From: Azolla caroliniana
Taxonomy: Eukaryota; Plantae; Polypodiophyta
Length of the DNA: 64,000 nucleotides
NCBI GenBank assembly: GCA_043228905.1
Contig: JBHGNT010000010.1
Location: 21,204,001 to 21,268,000 of the forward strand
Direction of reading: 5' to 3'
Below, piece by piece: positions 38,387 to 52,039 of this stretch. A model generated the notes under the pieces. That model was not told the DNA's origin. It worked only from the letters and a program-made list of their open reading frames with translations, and did not search any database. Numbering within the stretch: position 1 is the first letter of the stretch; every line of letters begins with the position of its first letter. The position numbers were made by a program, and so were the translations under genes.

Positions 38387-39325
38387 TGTTGGGAGACAGG
38401 TCCCTCCGGATGGGAAGGGAGAAGAACAGTGCCGACAAAGAGTACACGGCTACGGAGAGCCGGATGATACAGGCCCGGTGTGAACCGGATGAGGAGTACC
38501 CGGCTACGGAGAGCCGGATGATACAGGCCCGGTGTGAACCGGATGAGGAGTACCCGGCTACGGAGAGCCGGATGATACAGGCCCAGTGTGAACCGGATGA
38601 GGAGTACCCGGCTACGGAGAGCCGGATGATACAGGCCCGGTGTGAACCGGATGAGGAGTACCCGGCTACGGAGAGCCGGATGATACAGGCCCGGTGTGAA
38701 CCGGATGAGTAGTACCCGGCTACGGAGAGCCGGATGATACAGGCCCGATGTGAACCGGATGAGGAGTACCCAGCTACGGAGAGCCGGATGATACAGGCCC
38801 GGTGTGAACCGGATGAGTAGTACCCGGCTACGGAGAGCCGGATGGTGCGGAACCGGTATGAACCGGAGGAAGAGACATATTCGTAAATATGTTTCTGAGA
38901 GCCCATTGTGGCTACATTTGTAAATAGCCGAAAAGTCATATTAGTATAAATATGACTTAGGGCAAACTTTTAAGTTAGTGGTCGTTCTTCCTTGTTGGTG
39001 CAAGAAGAAGAGAGAGCGCGTAACTGTACAGAGAGAGAGAGAGAGAGAACGAGGTCATTGCCTCTGTTGTACCCACCGCCTGTGGCGAAGATTTGTGAGC
39101 ACAAGGTCGGTGCCTCAGTGAACTCATTGTTGTATATTCCTACATAGTGATAGTTTGCAGCCTGTGGGCTGCCGTGGTTTTTTCCCCTAGTTTGGGGTTT
39201 TCCACGATAACCTCCTATGTACCATTTCTCTTCTTTGTGTCGTGTTTTATTTCCCATTTTCTGTGTATGAAAAGAATCTCGGTTGTGGCCAAGTCTTGCG
39301 CATAAGGAACGACAAGTTCGCGTCA
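38387..39325 (+). mobile_element. Copia solo LTR with expanded internal repeat
   Basis: TGTTGG...CGTCA with perfect 5-bp TSD agtag. Homologous to the 62293-62936 LTR. Confidence 0.92.
38440..38843. repeat. 54-bp tandem repeat, 7 units plus a partial unit
   Basis: Unit gagtacccggctacggagagccggatgatacaggcccggtgtgaaccggatgag. Confidence 0.95.
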
Positions 39326-40367
39326 AGTAGGTGGACACTTCTTCTTCCTCTCCATCTTTGGGATTTTTACAAAGTTTTCCTTGCTCATGAGAAGGCTCAA
39401 GTGGTGGAGTAAGGAGATATCCAAAAAGGACGACGCATACAAGGGATTGGAAAGCCACGACGAGAAACAGTTGTTGTTTGTGAGCAAAACTTAGTTTCAT
39501 TCATCAAGCTGAAACTTCCTCCGCATTCCATTATTTTCATTTTAGGAAATTATAAATTTTCTCATTCCATGTGTTTAGATTGCTATTTCACTAATTTAAT
39601 CCATTTGGTATTTTAACAACTTTATGTTGTCGCGTTGTTACGCGCGTGCGTGTAGAAACAGGCGGGACCATGGGGGTCTCGGACCAAGGAGAGAGAGAGA
39701 GATGCAAGTACACAGAGAGGGAAGAAGAGCAAGGAAAACAGGAATCCAATTACCATTGTCAATAGCTTACAACCGGCAACCAGGTAATGGACCCGACACG
39801 GGGTCCTACTCAAGCACACCGACGACAGCCACACGACTCAAAGAAACAAAAGGGGAAAGGGGTGTCATGGCAAGACTCGAACCCATGACTTTATGCTACA
39901 TGGGTCGAGCTCTTACCATTAGATTAGGAATTGTATTTTGTAGGATATTATTTTCATTTATACTTTATCATAGAAAATTGATGTATATTCCAGATCTCTC
40001 TGGAACATTCTAGAAGCTTCAAGATTATTCCTAAAAACACTATAAAAGGAGGCACAAGGCATTATTTTGAACCAAATTGGTTCAACGCCAGTCTTAAGCC
40101 TCTTAGCCGCTTGTACTTATCTTTTCACATAATATATAGCTGTTGTCATCATCTCTCTCATTCTCGCTATCTCTCTCTCTCTCTCTCTCCTCTTCTCACT
40201 TCCTCTCTCGGGAATCTTACGCAGTCCCGTCCTCTTAGTACTAATAGTACTGTTGTTCTTAGTACTAATTCCATCTCTGTTTTAGTACTATTCCTGACAG
40301 TTTGAACCAATTTTTCCTCTAGCCTACTTGTCACTCTCCCTCATCCTCCTACCCTTTTCCCTATACT

Positions 40368-41525
40368 ATGGCTACTGTTAGCGCCCAAGAATACCAATCC
40401 GTTTTCTCCGAGCTATAGTGCCTAAAAGAAAAGTTTGTTGCCCTGGAACAAGAAAACCAACGGCTGATAGGGGATCTGCAACAAATCGCTCTAGAAAAAC
40501 AACAAACGCAACAACAACATGGGGAGTTAGTGTTACGGGTACAACAACTCGAACCAGCGTTGCAACAACAAGGATCCAGTCCCCAAGGATTTCATAAAGA
40601 GCCCAAGATTGGACTTCCTGTGAAATTTGATGGAACGCGTTCGCAATTCCGGGGATTCCTTAATCAAGTACGCTTAGTCATCCAGATGCATCCTTCCCGA
40701 TATCCCACTGATGCATCTCGAGTCGGCCTAATAGGCACGCTACTTAGCGGCTCAGCCTTGGCATGGTTTGCTCCGCTTCTAGAAAAACAATCACCCTTAC
40801 TTAATAACTTTGAAGATTTTATTGGTGAGTTTAAAGCCTGCTTTGGAGACATCGACAGCATCAGGACGGCGATCAACAAGATCCGGCGATTGCGTCAAGG
40901 CGATCGTCCAGCCTCTGCCTACGCGGCGGATTTCCGCCTACTTGCTTCAGATATACCCTGGGATGATCAAGCACTAATGGAGCAGTTTCGCTATGGCTTG
41001 CGAAACGATGTCAAAGATCTACTTCTAACTTTTCCTGAAGAACCAAAGTCTCTTACGGAGGCAATCAGTCGAGCAGTTCGATGTGACAACCGCCTTTTTG
41101 AACGGCGTTCAGAACGTCAATTACAGATACCACGCTCTAGGCCAGAGCCCACTTACACCGCAGTCGCGGCTAAACCGTTTGCACGAGACACACCTCAAGC
41201 AAATACTTCGACACCGATGGAGATCGATACCATGCGTCGACGCGGCCCGTTATCGGAAGAAGAAAAGCAACGACGACGTGCCCATCGATTATGTCTTTAT
41301 TGCGGTGGACCAGGACATATCGCCATCAATTGTCCCCATAGGCCAAGAAGACAGGTAAATCAAATCGTCGCCTGTACTAAACCCGAGTCAATTCTTCCCT
41401 TTGGAGTGTCTGATAGTATTAATAGTACTAATAGAGTGTCAGATAGTATTCATAGTACTAATAGCCCAAGTATCTCAAATAAATTTGAAATCCTTAGTCA
41501 ATTAGATGAAGAGTTAAACGATTGA
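40368..41525 (+). pseudogene. Chromovirus 2 gag
   Basis: ATG at 40368 with a single CAG>TAG stop at 40416. CCHC knuckle present. Confidence 0.88.
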
Positions 41526-44500
41526 GTCCAGCCAAAATAGGAGCCATTTGGTTGGACAGCAGCCCTAGATCTGTACAGCCCATTAGTGGTTCCATTCCTT
41601 CCAAGCAAGTTAGCAATGTGTTCCTAGCCCAAGTCATTGTTAGTACTAAAAGTACTCCCCCAGTACCCGTCCTAGCACTTTTAGATTCCGGAGCTAATTC
41701 CTGTTTCATGGATCGAAATTTTTCCCAAGCTTCTCAGATATCCTTAAGAAAACTTCCTTGTCCCGCATCTGTAGTGGTCATTGATGGTCGTCCCATTGCT
41801 TCCGGGAATATTGTAGAAGAATCAGAACCCATTCAAGTTGTCCTAGGTAGTTTTGTGTGTATAATATCATTTAATATAATTAGTAGTCCAGAGCATCCCA
41901 TTGTCCTAGGATTACCTTGGCTTGAATTACATAATCCAGCCATAGATTGGAGAACAAGAGAAGTCCGATATCGACCACCCCAAGAATCAACTCACCGAGT
42001 TTCGACCATTTCACTCCATCAACTACGCGAAGAAGGACCCAAGGAGGCAATGTTCCTATTTGCCATATCAGTACATCCTTCTAGCACTATTAAGAAGGAC
42101 TCCTCAATACAACTTCCGGCAAAATATCATCCTTATGCCGATGTATTTGACAAGGTAAAAGCCGGTACCCTTCCTCATCACCGTCCCTATGACTGTCCCA
42201 TCGATTTACAACCAGGAACCGAGCCACCATGGGGACCAATTTACAACTTGTCACCCACCGAGTTAGAAGTCCTTCGAGCCTACATAGAGGAGAACTTGGC
42301 AAGCGGGTTCATCCGTCATTCGAAATCTCCGGCCGGTGCACCCATCTTCTTTGTCAAGAAGAAAGATGGCTCACTTCGTCTTGTCGTTGATTACCGCGGA
42401 TTGAATAAAGTCACCATCCGGAATAGGTATGCACTTCCTCTTATATCAAGTCTTTTAGAGCGAGTTAATGGTGCCAAGTTTTTTACTAAAATCGACCTAC
42501 GAGGAGCGTATAATCTCGTGCGGATCCGACCGGGAGATGAGTGGAAGACCGCTTTTCGCACGCGGTATGGGCATTTCGAGTATACTGTTATGCCGTTTGG
42601 CCTAACCAATGCACCCGCAGTCTTCCAACACATGGCAAATGATATATTCAGAGACCTCTTGGATATCTGTTTGATCATTTATCTGGATGATTTGTTGATT
42701 TATTCGAAGACCCAGGAAGAGCACGATTCTCATGTACTATTAGTACTAAAGCAACTCCGCGAGAATGGTCTTTATGCCAAGCTAGAGAAATGTAGCTTTG
42801 ACTGCAAGCAAGTGGAATTTCTAGGCTACGTCATCTCCTCAAAGGGCATCGCCATGGATCCAGCTAAAATCCAAACTGTACTAGAGTGGCAAATTCCACA
42901 GTCGGTACGAGATGTACAATGTTTTCTAGGCTTTGCTAACTTCTACCGTAAGTTTATACAGGATTACTCGAAGATTATTTTACCTCTCACACAACTTACG
43001 AAGAAGGGCCAAGCATTTTCTTTGGTCCATCGAAGCAGATATGGCTTTTCGGCATCTTAAGAAAGCCTTTACATCAGCACCGATTCTAGCTCATGTGGAT
43101 ACAAGCAAACCATTCATCATGGAGGCCGACGCATCAGATTTCGCCCTCGGTAGCATCCTTTCTCAACAAGGCGATAAAGAAGAGTTGCATCCGGTGGCTT
43201 TCCATTCGCGCAAATTCAATGTCGCAGAAATCAACTACGAAATACATGACAAGGAGTTATTAGCCATCGTGGATTCATTTGTACAATGGCGGCATTTCTT
43301 AGAGGGCTCTCCACATCAGGTCATTGTCTTTAGCGATCATAAAAATCTTGCTTATTTTCAGAACGCTCGCGTACTAAATCGACGGCAAGCTCGGTGGGCG
43401 CAATTCCTCACGCGTTTCAACTTCGAAATCACATATCGACCGGGGAAGCAGCAAGGAAAAGCAGATGCACTATCACGGCGTTCATATCTTGCACCTCGTC
43501 CTGGTGACGCAACATTTGATAATCAAAAGCAAGTAATCTTGGGACCAACACGATTGCACACGACGCGGATTTTTCACACCCCGATGGATTCACGGATTAC
43601 CGATGACATACGTGCAACCTTGAAGACGGATAGTTTTGCTCAAGACATCCTGGCGCACATTGATACTTCTCGGGCATCCTGTTCTCAGTCTCAACAACCA
43701 GGTATTGACTACCGACAATTCGAATATCGTGATGGTTTGTTATTCTTTAAAAAGCGCGTATATGTCCCCGATTGCTCCGGTCGCCTTCAAATCGTCCAAC
43801 ATTGTCACGACACCCATACGGCGGGACATTTCGGTAGTACCAAGACGTTGGAGTTAGTGCAGCGATCTTTTTGGTGGCCTCACATGCGCCATTTTGTCGA
43901 CGACTATGTTCGGACCTGTGATGCTTGCTGCCGAGCAAAGATGCCACGACACCATCCATATGGCTTGTTGGAACCTTTACCAATTCCAAGTAAGCCATGG
44001 CAGTCTATTTGTCTTGATTTTATTACAGATCTGCCGGTCTCGAAGGGGTTCGATGCTATCCTAACCGTCGTCGATCGATATACGAAGATGGCACATTTTG
44101 TGCCATGTACTAAAACCATCACTAGCGAGGAAACCGCCACTCTTGTTATGCGTGAGGTATTTCGGCATCATGGCCTACCAGACAGTATTATCAGTGACCG
44201 AGGCCCGCAATTTGTCTCCAAATTTTGGCAGCATCTCTTCAGGATGCTCAAGGTCTCCTGCAACCTCTCCTCCGGCTACCATCCTCAAACTGACGGACAT
44301 GCGGAACGAACAAATCAAACGTTGGAGCAATATCTCCGGTGTTTCCTGAGTTATCAACAGGACGATTGGGCCGAGATTCTCCACTTTGCGGAGTTTGCGT
44401 ATAATAATGCTATTCACTCCTCGACTCGGGTCTCCCCATTTCTCGCTTATACCGGTTTCCATCCTCGCTGGTCGGTGATCGACACTCCGGAGCCACCTAC

Positions 44501-45095
44501 CAACCCTCGTGCCGAGGACCATTTGGAGAGGCTACGCAAGATCCAGATGGATCTCTCTACTCACCTTCGTCATGCTCAACACACACAGAAGACTTATGCG
44601 GATCGTCATCGGATTCCCTCCTCTTTTGCCATCGGAGATCGAGTATGGCTCTTACGTCGTCACATCAAGACTACTCGACCGTGCGACAAGTTGGATTATC
44701 GACGACTCGGTCCTTTCCGTATTACGGGGAAGATTAATGATGTCACCTTCCGCCTGGATCTCCCTCCGCAGCTTCAGATACATCCGGTTTTCCATTGTTC
44801 TCTTCTTGAACCTTATAAAGCAAACACCATTCCCGATCGTGTGACACCACCGCCGCCCCCGCTGGAGTTGGACGACGGCCCGGAGTATGAAGTTGCTGCC
44901 ATCCTCGATTCCAAACTTGTTCGCAACAAACTTTATTACTTGGTCGATTGGCTCGGTTATAGTCCGAGCGAACGTACTTGGGAACCCATCGAGAATGTTG
45001 CCAATGCACAAGATCTTCTTGCTGATTTCCACCGAAAGTATCCGGACAAACCCGGTCCGCAGTTAGCGCCGACTCGTTCCACTCGTCGTCTTTAA
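41513..45095 (+). pseudogene. Chromovirus 2 pol (PR-RT-RH-IN-chromodomain), one frameshift near 43020
   Basis: LDSGA, YLDD, ADASD, integrase motifs and EYEVAAILD...YLVDWLGY...TWEP. Confidence 0.93.
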
Positions 45096-46489
45096 GGGGG
45101 AGATAGTGTCATGGCAAGACTCGAACCCATGACTTTATGCTACATGGGTCGAGCTCTTACCATTAGATTAGGAATTGTATTTTGTAGGATATTATTTTCA
45201 TTTATACTTTATCATAGAAAATTGATGTATATTCCAGATCTCTCTGGAACATTCTAGAAGCTTCAAGATTATTCCTAAAAACACTATAAAAGGAGGCACA
45301 AGGCATTGTTTTGAACCAAATTGGTTCAACGCTAGTCTTAAGCCTCTTAGCCGCTTGTACTTATCTTTTCACATAATATATAGCTGTTGTCATCATCTCT
45401 CTCATTCTCGCTATCTCTCTCTCTCTCTCTCTCCTCTTCTCACTTCCTCTCTCGGGAATCTTACGCAGTCCCGTCCTCTTAGTACTAATAGTACTGTTGT
45501 TCTTAGTACTAATTCCATCTCTGTTTTAGTACTATTCCTGACAAGGGGAAGGAGAGAGACTCTGCTGGAAGCACACGAGTTGTCCACGAAGCAGAGGCAG
45601 CGAACTCCTGTCACCCGCAGAGAACGACGGTTGGAGGAGAGAGATCTCGGCGCTCGATTCTGCAGTAGCACTTCCTCCTCGCCAACGCGCAATACCCTCT
45701 CTTCCTTCTCTCCTCTCCTTAAATAGTTCCCCAAAAGGGGGTGCCCTTTTCCCCTAGTCAAATCGCTTTATTCCCTGTCCCTTCTGACAGAGATACGCAC
45801 AATCCCCTAATAAATGTGTACTACTTAGTATTTACATCAGCCGATCCATTTATGAATCAATATCAAAATATTAATTCACGCATCCATCCGTGTAAGAGCC
45901 GGTTCATGCGCCTTTTTGTCCGATTCCGCCAATGGCTGGTTTTCTTCACGACAACACTACCTCCATCTTCATGTTGTTTAATTTAGACTACAATGAGGTT
46001 TCCTTTTATGGGACTATTTCTTCATTTGTGTCCATTGTACGCTTATCAATGGGGAGGATATACCAATGCATAAAGTCAAAGATAATGTATTTCTATAAGG
46101 TAAAATTGAATATACGGTATAATATAGAAACTAAACTTTATGCTTACCATGTAATATGCATATATGAGAAGGACAAAAAATCACTTTAATCACAAACTCG
46201 ATAAACTCCATATTCTTATCAGTTCCAATAACCTTAGTTTGCATGGTTGTTAAGGGCATAATCTCGTCAACCTTACACTCTGATGTTTGAAATGATGGAT
46301 AAATAGTGTCTCTTCTTCTAGAAGTAATAATCCCATGCCAATTGTGGCCAACCATTTATCATTGGTTCCGTTATACCACCAACGACATCTCTTTCTATTA
46401 CAATTTTTTATATGAAAATATTCAATATGCAATCATGGCTTGTATTCCATGTGAATGATGTACTCAGTTACTTGTATATCAAGACTTTC

Positions 46490-47965
46490 TCTTGATATAC
46501 AAGTAATTGTCTCTTGCAAATGACATAGTTTTGCTCTCTGAGTCTAAACACGACCTACAAAGGCACCTTAATGCCTTAGATGACTTTTGCACACAAAGAG
46601 GATTGGTAGTGAATTTAGGGAAAACTAAAGTCCTTATCTTTCACACATCAGCTTGAGTTAGAACTAAGTGTCATCTAACCCTCTCTCATAGACCAGTTGA
46701 GGTAGTTGGATCATATATATATCTTGGAGTCACTTTCAATGCCCGCTCAAGTAAATTTCTAATGATACAGGCAGCCAAAGATAGCATTACGAGAGGATAT
46801 GCATCCCTCTCACTCTTAGAGAGACAATGCCACCAGACATACTTTCAAGAGCCACGGACTAAGGGGTGGCTCTTTGACTCATTAGTGATCCCTTCCCTCA
46901 TGTGTGCATCAATGGTTTGGGCTCCAAGGCTACCATCTTTCATGTGGATGCAATTAGAGAGACCACTGGTGATGATGTTATCACGTCAACTCTGAAGCAA
47001 ATTGACAGTACCACATGCCATTATTAGAGCTAAGTTCACTTTGCCCCCGATGTTAATAGAAGCACGTTTTCAACTTGTAGTCTTTATTCATAGGAATCTA
47101 CATGACCAACCACAAGATAGGATATCTCGTCAAGCTTTTGAGGCATGTCGATCACTCCATGAGTCTGGATATACTAGCTCTTGGTATAGCATGATGGTGA
47201 GTTGGCTTCTTGCAAACGGCATAGACATTAATAATGTACCTCCCCTTAGGTCCAACCACAAGATTGATAAAACTTTAATCTCTCATGAGAACCATAATAA
47301 AGTAATATGCCAAGAAATATGGCAAATTTACACTCGATATAAATGTATCACCCCACTATAGCCACTCCCATCTAAATTGGTGTACTAGAACGAACACTTC
47401 ATGCACTACTCTAAGTTAGGTTTTATTACACGACCAAAATATCTAGATACATTCTTACCAAATGCACTAAGGGTTGCCATTGGACAACTTAGAATATCAT
47501 CTCACTAACTTGAGATTGAGAATGGTCATACTAATGGAGACCCTAGAGAGGGCCATTGGACAACTTAGAATATCATCTCACTAACTTGAGATTGAGAATG
47601 GTCATACTAATGGAGACCCTAGAGAGGGCCATTGGACAACTTAGAATATCATCTCACTAACTTGAGATTGAGAATGGTCATACTAATGGAGACCCTAGAG
47701 AGGAAAGGATATGTAGATTATGTCACATAGAGATAGAGGATGAGTACTAGTTTACATGCAAATGTCCAACTTACATCGAGATAAGGGGAAAATACCAAGA
47801 CATCTCGGACCCTCTCCCACCCTTTCTAAACTATTAGATACTCTAGATATAAAGAAATTAGGTAGATATATCTTAGAGCTAAAACAACATACTAGAGAGA
47901 ATAAGCTACAAAATGTTAACAATAACTTTTCTAATATTCACCAACATGTAACCAATGAAGTTTTT
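46490..47965 (+). mobile_element. Degenerate 5'-truncated LINE (RT C-terminus plus Cys-rich tail; RTE-X-like)
   Basis: DIVLLS...LQRHLNAL..FC...GLVVNLGKTKV...YIYLG and LRISSH*LEIE...PREERICRLC...C..Y. Clade assignment tentative. Confidence 0.72.
47476..47703. repeat. 76-bp perfect tandem triplication
   Basis: Units start at 47476, 47552 and 47628. Confidence 0.93.
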
Positions 47966-48927
47966 TAGGGGCAGGGGGAGACAATGAATGTGGACACACA
48001 CGCACCACTCAGTCTCTTCCTTGATGAAGCATAAAACCAAAGAAGAACTAAATGCCCTCAGATGTCGGGTTTCAAAGCAACTCAATGTGGTGTAGAAGCA
48101 ATTAAGAAAATAAGGGAATGTGAGCTACACCGCCTAGAAGCCATGGTTGGGGTACCTTCTACATCGAGACCACGGGTCACACCCACATCAAAACCATTTG
48201 ACCTCCTGCTTCTTTTCAAGAGACTTGGATGGAAATGAAATTAGGCCTAGTACAAAGTCATTTCCTTTATAGAATATGATACACCATAACACATTTTGTA
48301 CAATACTATAACTCTTTTAGCTTAAGTTCTATTTATTTTTTATGATTGAGTAAAACACCCTATTTTGTTGTAAACCAATTGTCTCATGGGCCAATTTTGT
48401 CCGTAGAAGACATTAATATATCTTACTTTCTTACTTTCTTAGTATGCATATTTCTACGTCGTTCTCCTAAATTGAAACAAGGTTACAGACCCACATTTCT
48501 AAATGTAAACACATTGGTTAATCAATGAGTTTGGTGTTGATGATATATAGCTAAATTGTTATTAATATTGTTTTGGCAATGGGAAACATTGGAGATGGTG
48601 CAATTGGATGAGCTACCATAAGAGGTTTTCATAACCAAAGATACACCTCTACTTGCAAATGAGTGACTTCACTTAAAATTGACATATTGTGATGGCTACG
48701 TGGTTATGTTTGTTCTCATGACTTTCCGAGGTTATGGTCGTTTTCACGACTTTCCGAGAATAATATGTACATGCAAGGAAAATAAATTAGTTTAATGATA
48801 ATTGGATGAAACCTCAATGATGAGGTTTCTCTTACTCTCGCATGGTATCTGTCTAGAGAAGGTACCTCACATCTTTATCCAATGTGAAAACATAGAATGC
48901 AAAAGCATTGCTATCATATATCATAAT

Positions 48928-50376
48928 CATAGATTGAGATATTCGCATTCGTGGGGCCTCCCCCACGAATACCAACGAATACGTATAAGAATATTTATTC
49001 CAATATTCGTTAACTTTTTTTTCCCCTTTTTTCCCTAATTTTTTTTTGAAAAAATGCATTCGACGAGTAGCGAATAGAGAAGAGCTCTGCATGGAATAGC
49101 AATCAGCAATCAACAGGGAACAACATCAAACATCGGCTCCTCGAAATTTAGGGTTCGACTCCATCAAACTTCGGTCATATATATTCTATATTCATATCAT
49201 GTGAATGATGGCATGTAATGGCTTGAATCCTTCCTTGATCTGTGTCGAGAGAATTTTATTTTGCATTCTATGTAGAAACTCATTCTTCTGTTGAAGAAAT
49301 CCATGGATTGCTGACATGAAGAAGCTGTCTTATTTTTCTATTTTTGAAGAATCATTCTCACGTGCAGGTTAAATGGGTTGAAAACCTTCTTTGATCTGTG
49401 AAAGAGGAGTTATGCAGAAGCGAATTCTCTATTGGAAGAGAATCCATGGCTCATTAATGAAGAAGCTTTTGTTTTGAAGATTCATTGCAAAGTTAACGTA
49501 TAATGGCTTGTTGAAGAAGAGTTTTCTGTAGAAGAATTATTGTCAAGTACAGGTATAATGGCGTAATTCCTTTTTTGATCTGTGAAAGAGGAGTTATGCA
49601 TTCTATGTAGGGGCTCATTTTTTTGTTAAGGAAGCCATAGATTTTCGATGAAGAAACCTTTGCATTTAGAAGAATCAAAGTGATATTAATGCCTCTGATC
49701 TTTATTTAATATGTTATGCATTTTATGCAGATATTCGTTTTCTGCTGAAGAATCCCTTCACTGTTGATTGAGAAGCCCTTTTGGGGAAGAAGGATTAGTT
49801 CGGATTCTCCTTTAATCTGTTGATGAACTTACAAGAATGTGTCATTAAACAATTCAGGTTCTGTTGACAAATCCATGACCCCCTGAAGAAGAAACTTTTG
49901 AAGAGTATTTCACATCTAGAGGTGTATAATGACTTCAATCCGTGGCTCAATAAAGAAGCTCTGGATCACAAATTTTCATTGAGCCATGGAAAATGAAGAA
50001 GCTTCTACACTTCCATGGCTCAATCAAGAAGCTCTTCGCAATCATTCACATTTTTAAGAGTTATAATTCCTCTTTGATCTGTGAAATCATCTAAAATCAT
50101 CCATTCAGATGCATCAAAAGGGCTCATAATCGCTTTAATTAAAACTTTTCTTTCCTATGTTAGTGTGTTAGTGTGATTTTGAAGACCTTCCATTTTTCTA
50201 TTAATTGGTGATTTTTCCTTCTTCTTTTTTAAGTGAATTGAATAATTTTTATTATGTAAATTTATTTTCCATAAACAAATGGTTTTATAATATTCTTGGA
50301 GCAATTTTATATGCTCGAATACTACGAATATTGCGGATGTCGAATACCACGCATATCACACATGGTTCAATCTATG
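48928..50376. mobile_element. Non-autonomous hAT DNA transposon
   Basis: TIR CATAGATTGA/TCAATCTATG, perfect 8-bp TSD atcataat, and subterminal CGAATA/TATTCG motifs. Confidence 0.88.
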
Positions 50377-51683
50377 ATCATAATATTAGTCTACACAATT
50401 TTCAACATCATATTGGCATTCCCAATAGTTTGATCTAGCAAATTATTGTCTTTGTACATTATCTGGCATCACCATCCACTCAATTCGGCAACTTTGTTTT
50501 CCACAACCCATGGGTCTAAATTTGTTGCTAATAAATTAAAAAGGAGGAAATGTCAAATCAAGATATCATGTGAAAAGTACAAATAGTGTATTCATTCTCT
50601 CACCTTATGAACAAATAAACATGTAGAAATTGATGCAATAAAGAGAAAAATTAGAGGCGAAACATTAGAGTTGACAATAGCTAGAACTACTTTTTTGTAA
50701 TGCGGGTTTGTTGAAATATGAATGCAAATTAAATCATACAAAATAGGGTAGACCAGAATTAGTAAATATGCTATGATAAGTTTAGTATGTCAACCTCTTC
50801 GTGTCAACCCAGAATTCAATGAATTCTTATAACTAATAAGCAAACGACCCTACAATTCATTTATATATTTTTTATTGTGTGACAAAGTTCAATCAATTTT
50901 CAAACTCAACTTCTCATAACGAGATAATTTCTCATTAGAGAGACAAGAATGCCAATAAAATTCACTAGGAATGGAAGTCTTTCATGTGGCCATATTTCAC
51001 AATGCACATCACCAAATATGAGCTAGAGGCAAGTTGGTAGAAGTGGTAAACATAAAAGCGAATTGACGTGAATACTACGTTCGGGACATGGTGCCCTCAT
51101 TAATTAAAAACGTGATAACCTTTAGAAATTTGGGTTGGTTGTATATAGAACGGGATGAAATCCAATGGTGAGGGAGACATTGGACGCAATACATATAAAA
51201 TTCGGGTACTTTTCTATTGTTTGAAGGTTTAGGGTTATTAACATGTCCATTCAAATTCAAGCCGGTTTAGGGAGGGCCAATCATGTAATCACCGAACGGA
51301 TTGCTTTCAGTATGTCGGCCAACGCATTGCTAATATCCGCGACATAGATAAACTTGTATTGAGTCATGCAAGGGGGGTGGGACCACAATGCCAAGAAACA
51401 TGCATGAATATGCATTCAATAAGGAAAGTGAATTTAGAGAAAAACCTATGTGCATCCGTTGTGATGTTTGGAGTTTGTTTTTGCGGGAGCATATGTACTC
51501 TCATCCACTATAAAAAAACGAGCATTTAATTTAATGGCCATGCACTAAGGTTTAGTGAGAGGACAAATATGCCTACACTCACACTCCACACACACATGAT
51601 GAAGTCTACATGGCCCCCAACCTCCTCCTCCTTGAGACGAGATCACTTCCCATTGAGATCATTGCCATAGAAAGGGGTGTTGA

Positions 51684-51893
51684 CCTGGCATTTCTGATAG
51701 GATGAGCAAGGAGATAACGACACTTGCATCAAGTTGTATGAAAATCAAAGTAGTGGCACCACTTGAAACGAAATATAGTGTCTGGATTGGAGGCTCTATG
51801 TTTGCATCACTCAGCACATCTCAATAGATGTGGATAGCAAAATCAGAATATGAGGAGTTTGGGCCCTTAATTGTTCATCGGAAGTGTTTTTAG
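51684..51893 (+). pseudogene. ACT: Processed actin pseudogene fragment (C-terminal 70 codons)
   Basis: [68 protein letters not shown]. Confidence 0.93.
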
Positions 51894-52039
51894 GTCCTCC
51901 TCTCCTCATGAATGGATGGATGGATTTATGGTTAGCATTAGCTTTGTTTTGTTGTTGTTGTTGTTGTTGTTTTGACTGAACCAGCCATCATGTTTGAAGC
52001 CATGGATTTGAGTTTGTACACGAGGGTTCCTTTTCATTA

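Larger units (their letters stand above)
39863..45543 (+). mobile_element. Full-length chromovirus copy 2 (young)
   Basis: 437-bp LTRs 39863-40299 and 45107-45543 (about 2 differences by eye). Perfect TSD agggg and PPT aagggggagatag. Confidence 0.97.
39628..45953 (-). mobile_element. Solo LTR (C-like), split by chromovirus copy 2
   Basis: Halves 39628-39862 and 45544-45953 with ends TGTCGCG.../...TTCACGACA. Flanks atgt/acac (decayed acgY). Confidence 0.82.

Noticed and set aside
38313-38939. 208-aa and 131-aa repetitive ORFs, or a possible CRISPR-like array
   Set aside because: Both ORFs come from the 54-bp tandem repeat in a solo LTR. The units are contiguous with no unique spacers, and there are no cas genes.
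39326-39500. Minus-strand ORF with a hydrophobic N-terminus (MKLSFAHKQQLFLVVAF...)
   Set aside because: The 176-aa length comes from read-through into the solo LTR. Without the LTR it stops at about 58 aa and I recognise no homology.
45960-46460. Possible decayed coding fragments on the minus strand (also near 48550-48920 and 50390-50600)
   Set aside because: Stops in all frames and no family I can recognise without a BLASTX search.
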